Below are positions 36,155 through 45,200 of a DNA stretch of 64,000 nucleotides, one piece after another (the stretch's first letter is position 1; the number at the start of each line of letters is the position of its first letter). Under the pieces are notes generated by a model. The model did no database searches. It was not told where the DNA came from and saw only the letters and a list, made by a program, of their open reading frames with translations. The stretch covers positions 1-64,000 of the IMG/VR virus record IMGVR_UViG_3300035683_000001; one strand, 5' to 3'. The position numbers were made by a program, and so were the translations under genes. This DNA comes from a virus.

Positions 36155-36694
36155 TTGCTTACAAAAATAGTATTAGTCGGAGATTTAACCCGATTCTGTG
36201 AAGAATTCCACGCAGACGTAGCCACACCCAAAGAAGCGATCGCTTGCCTCAGTGCCAACTTCCCTGACTTCCAGAACTACATCCTCGGAGATGAGGATAA
36301 CCTTTACCGTCTCACAGTCAGCGGTGATGAGTGGGAAGTTGAAATCACACCGGAAAACAACCTTTTCCCCTGTCGTGGCAAGACCATCACAATCGCTCCC
36401 GTCATGGCTGGGAGTGGTGGTATTGGCAAGCTATTAACTGGGGTGTTGTTGATTGGAGTCGGTATCCTCACGGGTGGCACGGGGTTGATTATTGCGGGTG
36501 CTTTGAGTGTGATATCTAACTTCTTTGGCAATCCCGATAAGCCCGATGGAGACGAGGAAAAGTCCCTTGTGTTCACGAGTCCAGCGACTACGGTAGCTGA
36601 GGGGAACCGCATCCCGATCATAGCTGGCAAGAAGTTTAGGGTAGGGGTACAGATTATTTCTAGCGGCATTAAGAGCGAGTTTAATGCAAGGTAG
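36155..36694 (+). CDS. tail assembly protein I (lambda gpI-like)
   Basis: LTKIVLVGDLTRF...VATPKEAIACLSANFPDFQNYI plus a Gly-rich hydrophobic segment, positioned between K and J. TTG start. Confidence 0.7.
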   Translation: MLTKIVLVGDLTRFCEEFHADVATPKEAIACLSANFPDFQNYILGDEDNLYRLTVSGDEWEVEITPENNLFPCRGKTITIAPVMAGSGGIGKLLTGVLLIGVGILTGGTGLIIAGALSVISNFFGNPDKPDGDEEKSLVFTSPATTVAEGNRIPIIAGKKFRVGVQIISSGIKSEFNAR

Positions 36695-36696
36695 GC

Positions 36697-36930
36697 TCAA
36701 TCCTCGTTAACGCACCTTATCTCTTCTCCGCTTTTACTATCCAAACCTGCGATTTTATCGCTGTCGTCAAAAACAAGTTTGTGTCCCATATGTTCAGACA
36801 AGAATTTCTCTAGTAGCAAAAGTGTGGTTCCTTGGTAGAGATACCAGCCATACTCATTTCTCGCTGTACTCTGTCCAATCCACAAGGACACACCGCAACC
36901 TAGGCAAGCAATCTCAAAAGTACGAGACAT
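36697..36930 (-). CDS. hypothetical protein (moron)
   Basis: 77-aa ORF on the opposite strand between I and J. Confidence 0.4.
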   Translation of the reverse strand: MSRTFEIACLGCGVSLWIGQSTARNEYGWYLYQGTTLLLLEKFLSEHMGHKLVFDDSDKIAGLDSKSGEEIRCVNED

Positions 36931-36975
36931 TTTTCTAATTCAGGAATTCTAGTCCGATCTTCGCACATCGGACTC

Positions 36976-38895
36976 ATGAGCCTCCACATCCACAACCACA
37001 GCCTAATCGACGGAAAACTCGAACAGATCTTCTACTCCGGTTCGGGTGGCGGTAAAGGTGGCAGTCCAGACTTAGCCGACGTTAGCGGAACCAGTACCGA
37101 CTACGCCAATGTGCTGATGGCAATTGGCGAGGGACAGATGGAAGGAGTGCTAGGCGGAGGCAAAGGATTCTACCTCGATGACACGCCGTTGTTGAACGAG
37201 GATGGCACCGAGAACTTCGAGGGCATGTCCTACTACTTCACCCCAGGCACCCTCGATCAGCCAGGGTTGCCCAGCGAAGCGAACGAAGTCACAAGCGAGA
37301 CTCAGGTAGGGGTAGAAGTCAAGAAGTCAATTCCTGTCACACGCACATTCGTCAATAACGAGGTTAGCGCTGTCAGGGTTCGGATAGGTATTCGGCTTCA
37401 GGAACAGACGGAAGACGGTGACGTTGAAGAGCAAGACGTAAGGGTCAGGATAAGCATCAAAGAGGGGGTCAATGGTGCCTTTGTCGAGAGACTGAACACC
37501 AACATTGAGGGCAGATATCCGGAAGTTACCGCATTCCAGTACCTGTTCTATCTGAATACAGCGGGTGGAACGATTGACCAATTCTCGATCCGAGTAGAGA
37601 AGCCGAACGACGATGACAGCACGGATACGAAGGTTCAGGATGTGCAATTCCTCAGCTTTCAGGAAGTTATCTTTACTCAACTTCAGTATCCCAATACAGC
37701 GATCGCCTGGGTTCAGTTCCCGGCAAAGCTGTTCAAGTCAGTCCCTAAAATCAGCATTGACGTTGGTGGGATTCTTTTTCCCATTCCCTCGAATGCAACT
37801 GTCGATCCGGTGGATGGGGGGCTGATTTATTCAGGTGGGTGGACTGGTTCGTTTTACACTCCTGCGATCGCACCCGCAGATCCGGCGTGGATTCTGTACG
37901 GCATTCTCACGAATAAGCGATATGGCTTAGGCAACGACATCAGCCCCAGTGATATAGATAAGTTTTCGTTCTACACTGCCTCGCAACACAACAACCAATA
38001 CGTTGCAGACGGCTTTGGAGGCGTTGAACGTCGCTTTCTTTTCAATGGCGTGCTTCAAGGCGATCAGGATGCTTGGGAAGTGATTGTTAGCATCTGTTCA
38101 AGCTTTGCCGCTAAGCCGTTTTGGGATGGTTCGCAGATATCCATCTGGCAGGATCGACCAACTACAGCATTAGCCAAAATTATCACTAACGCTGACGTGG
38201 AAGAGGGCAGATTCGTTTACACCTCGAACGAGTACAAAAGCATTGCGACAGTTGCCAAAGTTAGCTACTCCGATCCCGATCAAGGTTATGAGCCAGCAGT
38301 TGAGATTGTAGAAGATCCAATCGGGATAAACCAATACGGGGTGCATATCACGGAGTTTACAGCCTTCGGTGAGACTCGCAGGGGTGGCGCAGTAAGGGCG
38401 GGTCGTCGGGTGTTATTGTCTTCCAGGCTGGATAATCAGCAAGTGAGCTTCAAGGCTCGACCGATCGCAAGCTTCTGGAAGCCAGGAGACGTAATTCAGA
38501 TAGCTGACAGCCGCTATCCACAGCTACTAAACCCGTATGACTACGATGACTGGGAAGCTCGTCGCAAGGGTGGCGTGATATCAGAAGCTACTACTACAAG
38601 CGTTTCAATAGATAAAGATAGAGGTAGAGAGCTTTTTGTCACACTGATTGGTAGCAATTTCAAGATATGGGTGACATTGCCTGATCTAACTGTAGAGATG
38701 CGAGACTTAGTAAACGCACCAGGGAAGCATCACATTCTTTATCCCTCAGTGCCATTTAGCCAAGCCCCACTGCCTCACAGTAATTGGATGGTGCAGGATT
38801 CAAGCGCACCTATCAGACAATTTAGAGTTTTGTCAGTGACACCGGATAAATCGCAGCCACTTTTTGAAGTCACGGGGCTAGCCTACGGCAACTAA
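36976..38895 (+). CDS. tail tip/host specificity protein J, N-terminal part (hub domains)
   Basis: GGGKGGS...ANVLMAIGEGQMEGVLGGGKGFYLDDTPLLNEDGTENFEG... parallels the lambda J N-terminus. It ends FRVLSVTPDKSQPLFEVTGLAYGN*. Confidence 0.8.
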   Translation: MSLHIHNHSLIDGKLEQIFYSGSGGGKGGSPDLADVSGTSTDYANVLMAIGEGQMEGVLGGGKGFYLDDTPLLNEDGTENFEGMSYYFTPGTLDQPGLPSEANEVTSETQVGVEVKKSIPVTRTFVNNEVSAVRVRIGIRLQEQTEDGDVEEQDVRVRISIKEGVNGAFVERLNTNIEGRYPEVTAFQYLFYLNTAGGTIDQFSIRVEKPNDDDSTDTKVQDVQFLSFQEVIFTQLQYPNTAIAWVQFPAKLFKSVPKISIDVGGILFPIPSNATVDPVDGGLIYSGGWTGSFYTPAIAPADPAWILYGILTNKRYGLGNDISPSDIDKFSFYTASQHNNQYVADGFGGVERRFLFNGVLQGDQDAWEVIVSICSSFAAKPFWDGSQISIWQDRPTTALAKIITNADVEEGRFVYTSNEYKSIATVAKVSYSDPDQGYEPAVEIVEDPIGINQYGVHITEFTAFGETRRGGAVRAGRRVLLSSRLDNQQVSFKARPIASFWKPGDVIQIADSRYPQLLNPYDYDDWEARRKGGVISEATTTSVSIDKDRGRELFVTLIGSNFKIWVTLPDLTVEMRDLVNAPGKHHILYPSVPFSQAPLPHSNWMVQDSSAPIRQFRVLSVTPDKSQPLFEVTGLAYGN

Positions 38896-39228
38896 AAACC
38901 CGCTCTTTAACCAGCGATAAAACTTGAAGCCTATCCATCGACTCAAATCAACAGCAATCTCCAAATGAATCCAAGTAGCCTGATCCTTTCCGTAACAATC
39001 AATCTCTACGACCAAAACTTTGATTGAGGTTTTCAAGTCAACCGATAGAGCAGCAAGGTATTCTTGAGTTATTTTAAGGCTCTTATAAGCCCCCCACTGC
39101 TTGCCATTAGCTTTGCACATTTGCGTAGCATTGACATAGCCCTTCGGTACATCAAACTTAGCGATCACTGTTCGCTCTTTTAACTGAGCAATGCCGTATC
39201 CGTTCCAATCATGTGTGATAATTTTCAT
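38878..39228 (-). CDS. KilA-N domain protein
   Basis: GYVNATQMCKANGKQWGAYKSL...TWIHLEIAVDLSRWI matches the KilA-N pattern. Its 3' end overlaps the J-N stop region antisense by 18 nt. Confidence 0.65.
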   Translation of the reverse strand: MKIITHDWNGYGIAQLKERTVIAKFDVPKGYVNATQMCKANGKQWGAYKSLKITQEYLAALSVDLKTSIKVLVVEIDCYGKDQATWIHLEIAVDLSRWIGFKFYRWLKSGFLVAVG

Positions 39229-39314
39229 CGTTCATCCTTCGTAATGGGTGGGTGGGCAGCGATCGCGTTTCCAACTTTTGCCGGGAGGAATGCGATCACT
39301 TTTGGTTTATAAGG

Positions 39315-39608
39315 CTATCGAATCCAGCTAATCTCTCCTAGCGAGTAATAAAGCTCCATTACATCTGAGTCTTTGCCGTGATGCTCAAAGTACCAACGCA
39401 AAGCCATAGCCTCATCTCCAACAAAAAACAAAGTCTCAGCAACCGTAACACTACGTTCCGAACCATAGTCTTGCCGTGCATTAGACAGCATTGCAATCTT
39501 CACGCCTTCTTCAATTTCTCCATTTCCTTTTGGGCGCTTTCCTAGTAAGTTCACGAAAGCAATTGCATCTGTGTTAATCACTCTGTCTCCAACCTTAATC
39601 ATTGCCAT
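39315..39608 (-). CDS. hypothetical protein
   Basis: 97-aa ORF. Confidence 0.45.
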   Translation of the reverse strand: MAMIKVGDRVINTDAIAFVNLLGKRPKGNGEIEEGVKIAMLSNARQDYGSERSVTVAETLFFVGDEAMALRWYFEHHGKDSDVMELYYSLGEISWIR

Positions 39609-39677
39609 TTACTTGACCTCGATAACTAAACTGATTTACCTATTGCAACTATAACACATTCAGCCTACAATGTAGGC

Positions 39678-39854
39678 ATGGAAGAGGAAACATTAGAAAT
39701 AACCATCCGAGTAAGGCTAACGAAGAAGGAGAGAGACAAGGCACATCAATGGGCTAAGGCTTACGGTGACAAGCTCTCTGAATTCTTCCGCCGAATGCTG
39801 CGATCGCTCCCTGACGAACCCCCGAAAATCCCACCACCCCCTGTAAAACCATGA
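39678..39854 (+). CDS. ribbon-helix-helix protein (58 aa; below the ORF-track cutoff)
   Basis: MEEETLEITIRVRLTKKERDKAHQWAKAYGDKLSEFFRRML. It is preceded by the palindrome GCCTACAATGTAGGC (39663-39677), and its stop overlaps the next ATG (ATGA). Confidence 0.45.
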   Translation: MEEETLEITIRVRLTKKERDKAHQWAKAYGDKLSEFFRRMLRSLPDEPPKIPPPPVKP

Positions 39855-40039
39855 AAGAATACAATCTGACCGTAAAAAGAGAAATCCTAGTATCTATAAC
39901 CATCGCAGCTAATTCAGAGGAAGAAGCTTTGAAAAAATATCAGGACGGAGACACAGGAGAGGAAGATATTACGGACTCATCTGATCTTGAACTCCCAACA
40001 ATAGATGAAGTAAAGTCGATCAAAAGCTGCAGTCGCTAA
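39851..40039 (+). CDS. hypothetical acidic protein
   Basis: 62-aa ORF coupled to the RHH gene. Confidence 0.4.
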   Translation: MKEYNLTVKREILVSITIAANSEEEALKKYQDGDTGEEDITDSSDLELPTIDEVKSIKSCSR

Positions 40040-40070
40040 GCCCATAACGGAAATAATCGGAGCAACAACC

Positions 40071-40337
40071 ATGACCAACCTAATTTCTATCAAAACCACA
40101 ACCGAGCTAATGGACAAAGCACTGAAAGAGTCAGTTCTTGACGCAGTGCTACAGTACAACCGAGTTGACATCCTGCTAGTTCACCTAGCAGAAGCCTTGC
40201 AGAAAAAGGCTGATGATGCACGGGAAACAATTTTGTACGAAGAAGGAGAATTAGACACCGAAGGCGAGGCGGATATCAGGGCGTTGCACGTTGCGGCTGA
40301 TATGTTGAAGCGAACAGCGAAGTTAGCTGAATCCTAA
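40071..40337 (+). CDS. hypothetical protein
   Basis: 88-aa ORF followed by the hairpin AAACCTA...TAGGTTT (about 40360-40390). Confidence 0.4.
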   Translation: MTNLISIKTTTELMDKALKESVLDAVLQYNRVDILLVHLAEALQKKADDARETILYEEGELDTEGEADIRALHVAADMLKRTAKLAES

Positions 40338-40397
40338 TTCTCTTATCGTCATTTATAAGGAAACCTAGAACACCCACCGTTTTAGGTTTCGTATTTT

Positions 40398-40847
40398 GTG
40401 AGTAAGTTTGATCTCATTGAGCAGGGTTTTTCCCTCTCCCAATACGAGCAAGTCTCTCGCCCTCCTCGTGTCGTTCCCGCGCCGCGCAGTGTTCGCTGTG
40501 TGCCTCGTCTTATCGCAAGCACGGACGGGACTAATTCATATAGCTTAGACATCGCTTGGGACTTCCCTCTAACACTAGACGGTAGGCGCGAGTCGTACAT
40601 TACCAGCTACTATGTCGAGTTTCGCAGAGGTCGAGGTGCATGGGGAAATCGGCAAGAGGTGAGTCAGCTTTACGCAAGATACGAAAACGTTGGTTCTGGT
40701 AGGTTCTTCGCTCGTGTAGCTGCGGTTGTGTCGGTCAATCGCAAGGTTAGCTTGTGGAGTGAGTCAGGCGTGGGGAATCTGACGACAGTGCAAGTGATCG
40801 CTGACGCTAGTAGCGAGAACTACACCTACTTTGTGACGGAGTTTTAG
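40398..40847 (+). CDS. tail tip protein J, C-terminal fragment (FN3-like)
   Basis: GTG start. SKFDLIEQGFSL continues the J sequence where the N-fragment stops. YSLDIAWDFP...YYVEFRRGRGAW...RFFARVAAVVSVNRKVSLWSES is FN3-like. Confidence 0.65.
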   Translation: MSKFDLIEQGFSLSQYEQVSRPPRVVPAPRSVRCVPRLIASTDGTNSYSLDIAWDFPLTLDGRRESYITSYYVEFRRGRGAWGNRQEVSQLYARYENVGSGRFFARVAAVVSVNRKVSLWSESGVGNLTTVQVIADASSENYTYFVTEF

Positions 40848-40849
40848 GC

Positions 40850-41206
40850 ATGACTTATCCTATCGCTCCAAAGTCGCTAACAATCGCATTCGGTAATAAA
40901 CGCAGTTACGAATCTCAGCTACTTAAGCAACGCTTCAAGGGTGGGGTAGATGAGCGTAGTACAGGCTTAAGCATTCACCCAATAACCGACTCTTGGAGTT
41001 TGTCGCTAGAGATTCATGGACTGCCAAGGTACAAGCAGATAGAGAACTTCATTAAAGAACGCGACGGTGACCCATTTCGGTTTGATTGGGATGGCGACGG
41101 GGTAGAGGATGGCTCACTGTATCGAATCGAGTCTCATCAGTGGAATTGGTCAGCGTACCATCACTGGCAACTGTCGGTGGAGTTGAAGGGAGTGCATCGC
41201 CCGTAA
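40850..41206 (+). CDS. gpM-like minor tail protein (paralogue 1)
   Basis: QRFKGGVDER...DSWSLSLEIHG...IENFIKERDGDPFRFDW...YRIESHQWNW...WQLSVELK parallels lambda gpM (FGDGY...SFLEEHGG.KSFLW...KWS...EFSAEF). Confidence 0.55.
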   Translation: MTYPIAPKSLTIAFGNKRSYESQLLKQRFKGGVDERSTGLSIHPITDSWSLSLEIHGLPRYKQIENFIKERDGDPFRFDWDGDGVEDGSLYRIESHQWNWSAYHHWQLSVELKGVHRP

Positions 41207-41232
41207 TTCTCACCGCTAGATCTAGCGGTTAA
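41205..41232. repeat. 28-mer AATTCTCACCGCTAGATCTAGCGGTTAA (family copy 3)
   Basis: Identical to 50062-50089. The core 18-bp palindrome is at 41212-41229, between convergent genes. Confidence 0.95.
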
Positions 41233-41255
41233 AAAACGACTAGTCGCAATTGCGG

Positions 41256-42242
41256 CTACCTCATCAGCATTCCATTAATCACCACCGTAGTCGTACCACT
41301 CGCAACCGAAGCTTGCAGCCTAATACGCTGATATCGCCTCACATCAATCTCAACAAATCCATCACCCCCACCTGCTAACGCTGGCAAGTTGTTGGCAAAG
41401 ATAATCGGGATGAGGCTGTTACCCGATTGCTTACCTGTCCCTGTGGAATACGAACCAGAACTAGCCGCACCTGCGAGGAACGCATATTTAAACGGCAAGC
41501 TAACAGAAAAACCCGCTTCAGTCTTCAGTTCATTCAGTGCTACCGCTCCAGTGTTCTGAATCCACAAACTCAAATAGTCATAGTCTGTCGTGATGATTTC
41601 AGCTATCGTCGCGACAGTTGTTGTAACCGTGACGGAGGCAATATCCACGGCATTGGAATAAACAACAGCCGTCCCACTTCCTCCTCCAGCACCGTTCGCG
41701 GCTATCTGCCCTAATCTTGCCATCAATGAGCCTGTTACTGAGGCTGTATCGGTGGTTGTGCCAAGGATACCCAAGAACGTGGTGAACCTTGCGTTGTAAC
41801 GCTTGAGGATTCCGTTTAGTCCAGATGGGGCTATATCACTTGGGGACGGGGTTTCGTCGGTTGCCCCTAACCTTGCCTCTACTCCAGCGACGTTGGTTGT
41901 CCCACTGCTGCCGCCTGATGAAGGGGTAGCACTAGCGATCGCACCTAACCGAGCCATTAGCGAACCTGTAGCGCTGGGGGCTTCTACGGTTGTGCCAACC
42001 AAACTGAGGAACCTGTCAGCTAAGTCTTTCCACATCCCACGAATCACCCCACTCAATCCCGTGTCAGTCGTGGGGCTGGCGGCTGGAGTGCTATTCGTTC
42101 CGCCTAGTCGATTCTGTACAACCGTATCAGTGGATGTGAGGGTGCTAGGGATACTGACGTGTAAAGGAGTCTGCGCGGTGATGTCGTTGAGAGTTTTGAT
42201 GCTGACTTCGTTGCCGCTAGCATCGCGCTGGGTAATTGGCAT
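41256..42242 (-). CDS. tail-fibre-like protein with internal repeats
   Basis: 328 aa, T/S/G/A-rich. Tandem motif ...LVGTTVEAPSATGSLMARLGAIASA / ...LGILGTTTDTASVTGSLMARLGQIAAN. The C-terminus is beta-rich. Confidence 0.5.
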   Translation of the reverse strand: MPITQRDASGNEVSIKTLNDITAQTPLHVSIPSTLTSTDTVVQNRLGGTNSTPAASPTTDTGLSGVIRGMWKDLADRFLSLVGTTVEAPSATGSLMARLGAIASATPSSGGSSGTTNVAGVEARLGATDETPSPSDIAPSGLNGILKRYNARFTTFLGILGTTTDTASVTGSLMARLGQIAANGAGGGSGTAVVYSNAVDIASVTVTTTVATIAEIITTDYDYLSLWIQNTGAVALNELKTEAGFSVSLPFKYAFLAGAASSGSYSTGTGKQSGNSLIPIIFANNLPALAGGGDGFVEIDVRRYQRIRLQASVASGTTTVVINGMLMR

Positions 42243-42292
42243 AGCAGGAAAAAGCTTTCCTCTAGGGTTCCTAGCTTTAGGAATTCTGGTGC

Positions 42293-45200
42293 ATGAGCAT
42301 CCTGATTTTCCCCGCTATCCTTGGCGCTACCCAATCCTTTGAAGTCGCATCTTCCAACGGCACCCTTGGAGATGGACTTGATCAGCTATCGCTACCCATT
42401 GCCCGAATCGTAGAGGATTCGTGGCAGTTAACCTCAGTTCCACTAAAGACAACCGATAAAGACGCACTAGTCACAACCCTACGAGACAACGTGGCTAAGG
42501 GTGCGCTGTGGAGACTAAGGGAATCAAGTTTCAATACTCATGCAGATTTCAATGTCTATCAATGGGAGTTTGAGCGGGATAAGCAAGGGCTTTACGAGTG
42601 GGAGAACTGGACAACGACCCCGATAGGCGGCGAGTGGTGGCAAGTTGAGCTGACGCTGAATCGAACTGGACACCAAGAGATAGACGAGTGCTTGCTCCGT
42701 CCCACTGATCTGGCTGAAACTTATCCACTATTTCCGCTCAACCTCTATATGTCAGGGGCAAAGAACTCATTTGAGTCAAAGTTTGCACAGCAGAGGATGA
42801 GGGGAGGGATAGAAGAGCGTCGTCGGCTAGGCTTTGGCTCAACTCGCGATTCATGGCAGTTCACAGCAACCATCCACGAGTACAAGAAAAACGAGGTTTG
42901 TGACTTTCTTAAAGACCGGTGTGGGAATTTCTTTGAGTTCCGACTGGTGCCAGGCAGAGCAGGGAAAATCTACACCTGCGAGAAGTGGAGTATCAAGCAG
43001 ATAGGACGGGACTACTGGGAGTTGTCGGTTGAATTCAAGCGATCGTTTTTGCCGTTCCGACCAACTGATATTAAGCGGATTACTGACCTTTTTGATTTCT
43101 ACGGAACCCAGGAAGAAATCATCGAGGTGATGGATGCGACCTTTGCAGACGTGGATGAGAAGATTGCGGGACTTTTTGAATGGGTGACTCGCTTAACTCG
43201 CGACATTTACCCGTTCATGCTTAATCTCCTTTTTCTACTGCCTAATGCCTTTCACACCGTCTTAGGTAGAGGTGGTTATTTCCCTCCAAGTGCAGGGGTA
43301 ACGGAAGGTCAAGCCATCTTCGTTAGAGCGGCAATGCTAGCTTACTTTGCGACAGGTTTTGAGGGTTGGCTGAATTTAGCGATCGCCGGTGGTAATGCTC
43401 TACTTGAATATTTCTATCCCTTAAAAATACCTGGTGACTGGACACCCGCAACAGGTATTCGTGTCCCTCACTGGCTCATCAATATCAAGTCTCCTTTTGT
43501 GGCTAAGGGATTGCCAGCACCCGATCCGCTCAATATGGGACACTTCAACGTTGTTGTTGACTTCGTGAACGGAGAAGGCTACATCCCTACGGGTGCGCCC
43601 TTTTATGGAGAGTTACTGGCTAACGTTTTCCGAGTGCATCCAGTCAGTGATAGCTTGCTCTGGAAAAACATCTATGCACGTCCCTTGGGTGGCTATTCGT
43701 ATCCGATTGATTATTGGGTAACGAATCAAATGATGCAAGGCACTATCAAGCGCCAGTTTGCAGATACCGAGTCAAACAATGGTAGAGAGCCGATCCCTAC
43801 CAATGAACCTACAGGAAAAATAAAGCTCAGCACTCCTTACGCAGGTCAAGCCAAGGTTGTCTATCTAACTTACACAGGTGGTGTAATCGGAGTAGGTGTG
43901 CCCTTCGAGGCATATCCAGGCTGGCGAGGCTTAAGAAAGGATGAGTCAATGGGTGCGCTTGACGTGTTCACATGGCTTCATCAGTCTTACCTGTGGCTAT
44001 TTCAAGTAACACAAGACACTCGATGGCTCACAGCGCTTCAGTGCAACCTCTACACGTTTGAGCAAGCCCGGAACGTAATCAACCCTACATCGTGGTACGA
44101 GAAATCAGACTCACCTGAGCCATTTGCTTACCCAGGCTCACAAGCCATCCTTGCAAACTTTGACCCCAACCAAATAGCTACATCGACTCGCGTCACTTCA
44201 GGGGAGAAGAAAGACTGGCTGCAAATTGACGTTCCATTATCGCCTTTACCCTTTCCATCAGCAGAACTTCAGAACTTTGCAGTTAAGGCGAAGATGAACC
44301 CTGAATCAGCCGTCTTTGTTGAGGCGGCGTGTTCAGTCGCCACAGAGCTAGAGGTAGTACTGTCACTATCTCCTAACGCTTTTGATTTCAGCCAGTACTA
44401 CATTGCGCGTTTACCCGTTCCGGCTGGCGGCGTTCCGGTTGCGAGAACATTCACAACAAGAGAGTTTTTGCTGTGGGACACTACACAAACAAGCTGGTAT
44501 CCACACAACGCTGACAACCCTGTCTATGAGTACGAGGGGCTAGGTGGACGTGCGGCAGCGTCTAGAGACACGCAAGAGATCGACGGAATACCCAGATCAG
44601 TGTGGAAGTTGAACTTAAATAAAGACGATGGCTTTGCGGGTGCGGGATTCGTTCTCATCCATGCTAAACCTCGATTTCCATTGCAGATATATCTAAAACA
44701 TACGGGCGATGACGTTCGCCTTGCTGTCACTGTGGACAATGAAAAATTCTTCTACAAGGTAGAGGCAACAGACGGATGGACGAGGCTAAGGCTTGACTCT
44801 GATCTGTTTAAAAAGGGTGATGAGAAGCCGGACGGTAGCTTCATTAGTGGGATTGAATTTGAAGCTAATGGAGAGTCACGTACTTGGGTGTGGTGGGTTG
44901 GTTCGCCTCCGAGAGAATTACCCGCACCTTGTCAAACATTCAAAGCAACACTAGTCTCACGAGTGCCGATAGCACACACTCTTTATGTGGGCAACTTCTC
45001 TGCTGTGAATAGTCCTAGTGACGTTTTGCCCTATACCCCCGGTGTCTGCCCCTACACATGTAACGTAGTCTCAGACGGTAAGGGAGGGCAAGCAATCAGC
45101 GCATGGCAAGGAACTATCCCGATGGTGGGCTACCAAGATCCAGAATTTGAGGTTGAGCGTGGTGACTGGGTTGCGGTCGATAATATTCTTCAGTTTTTCT

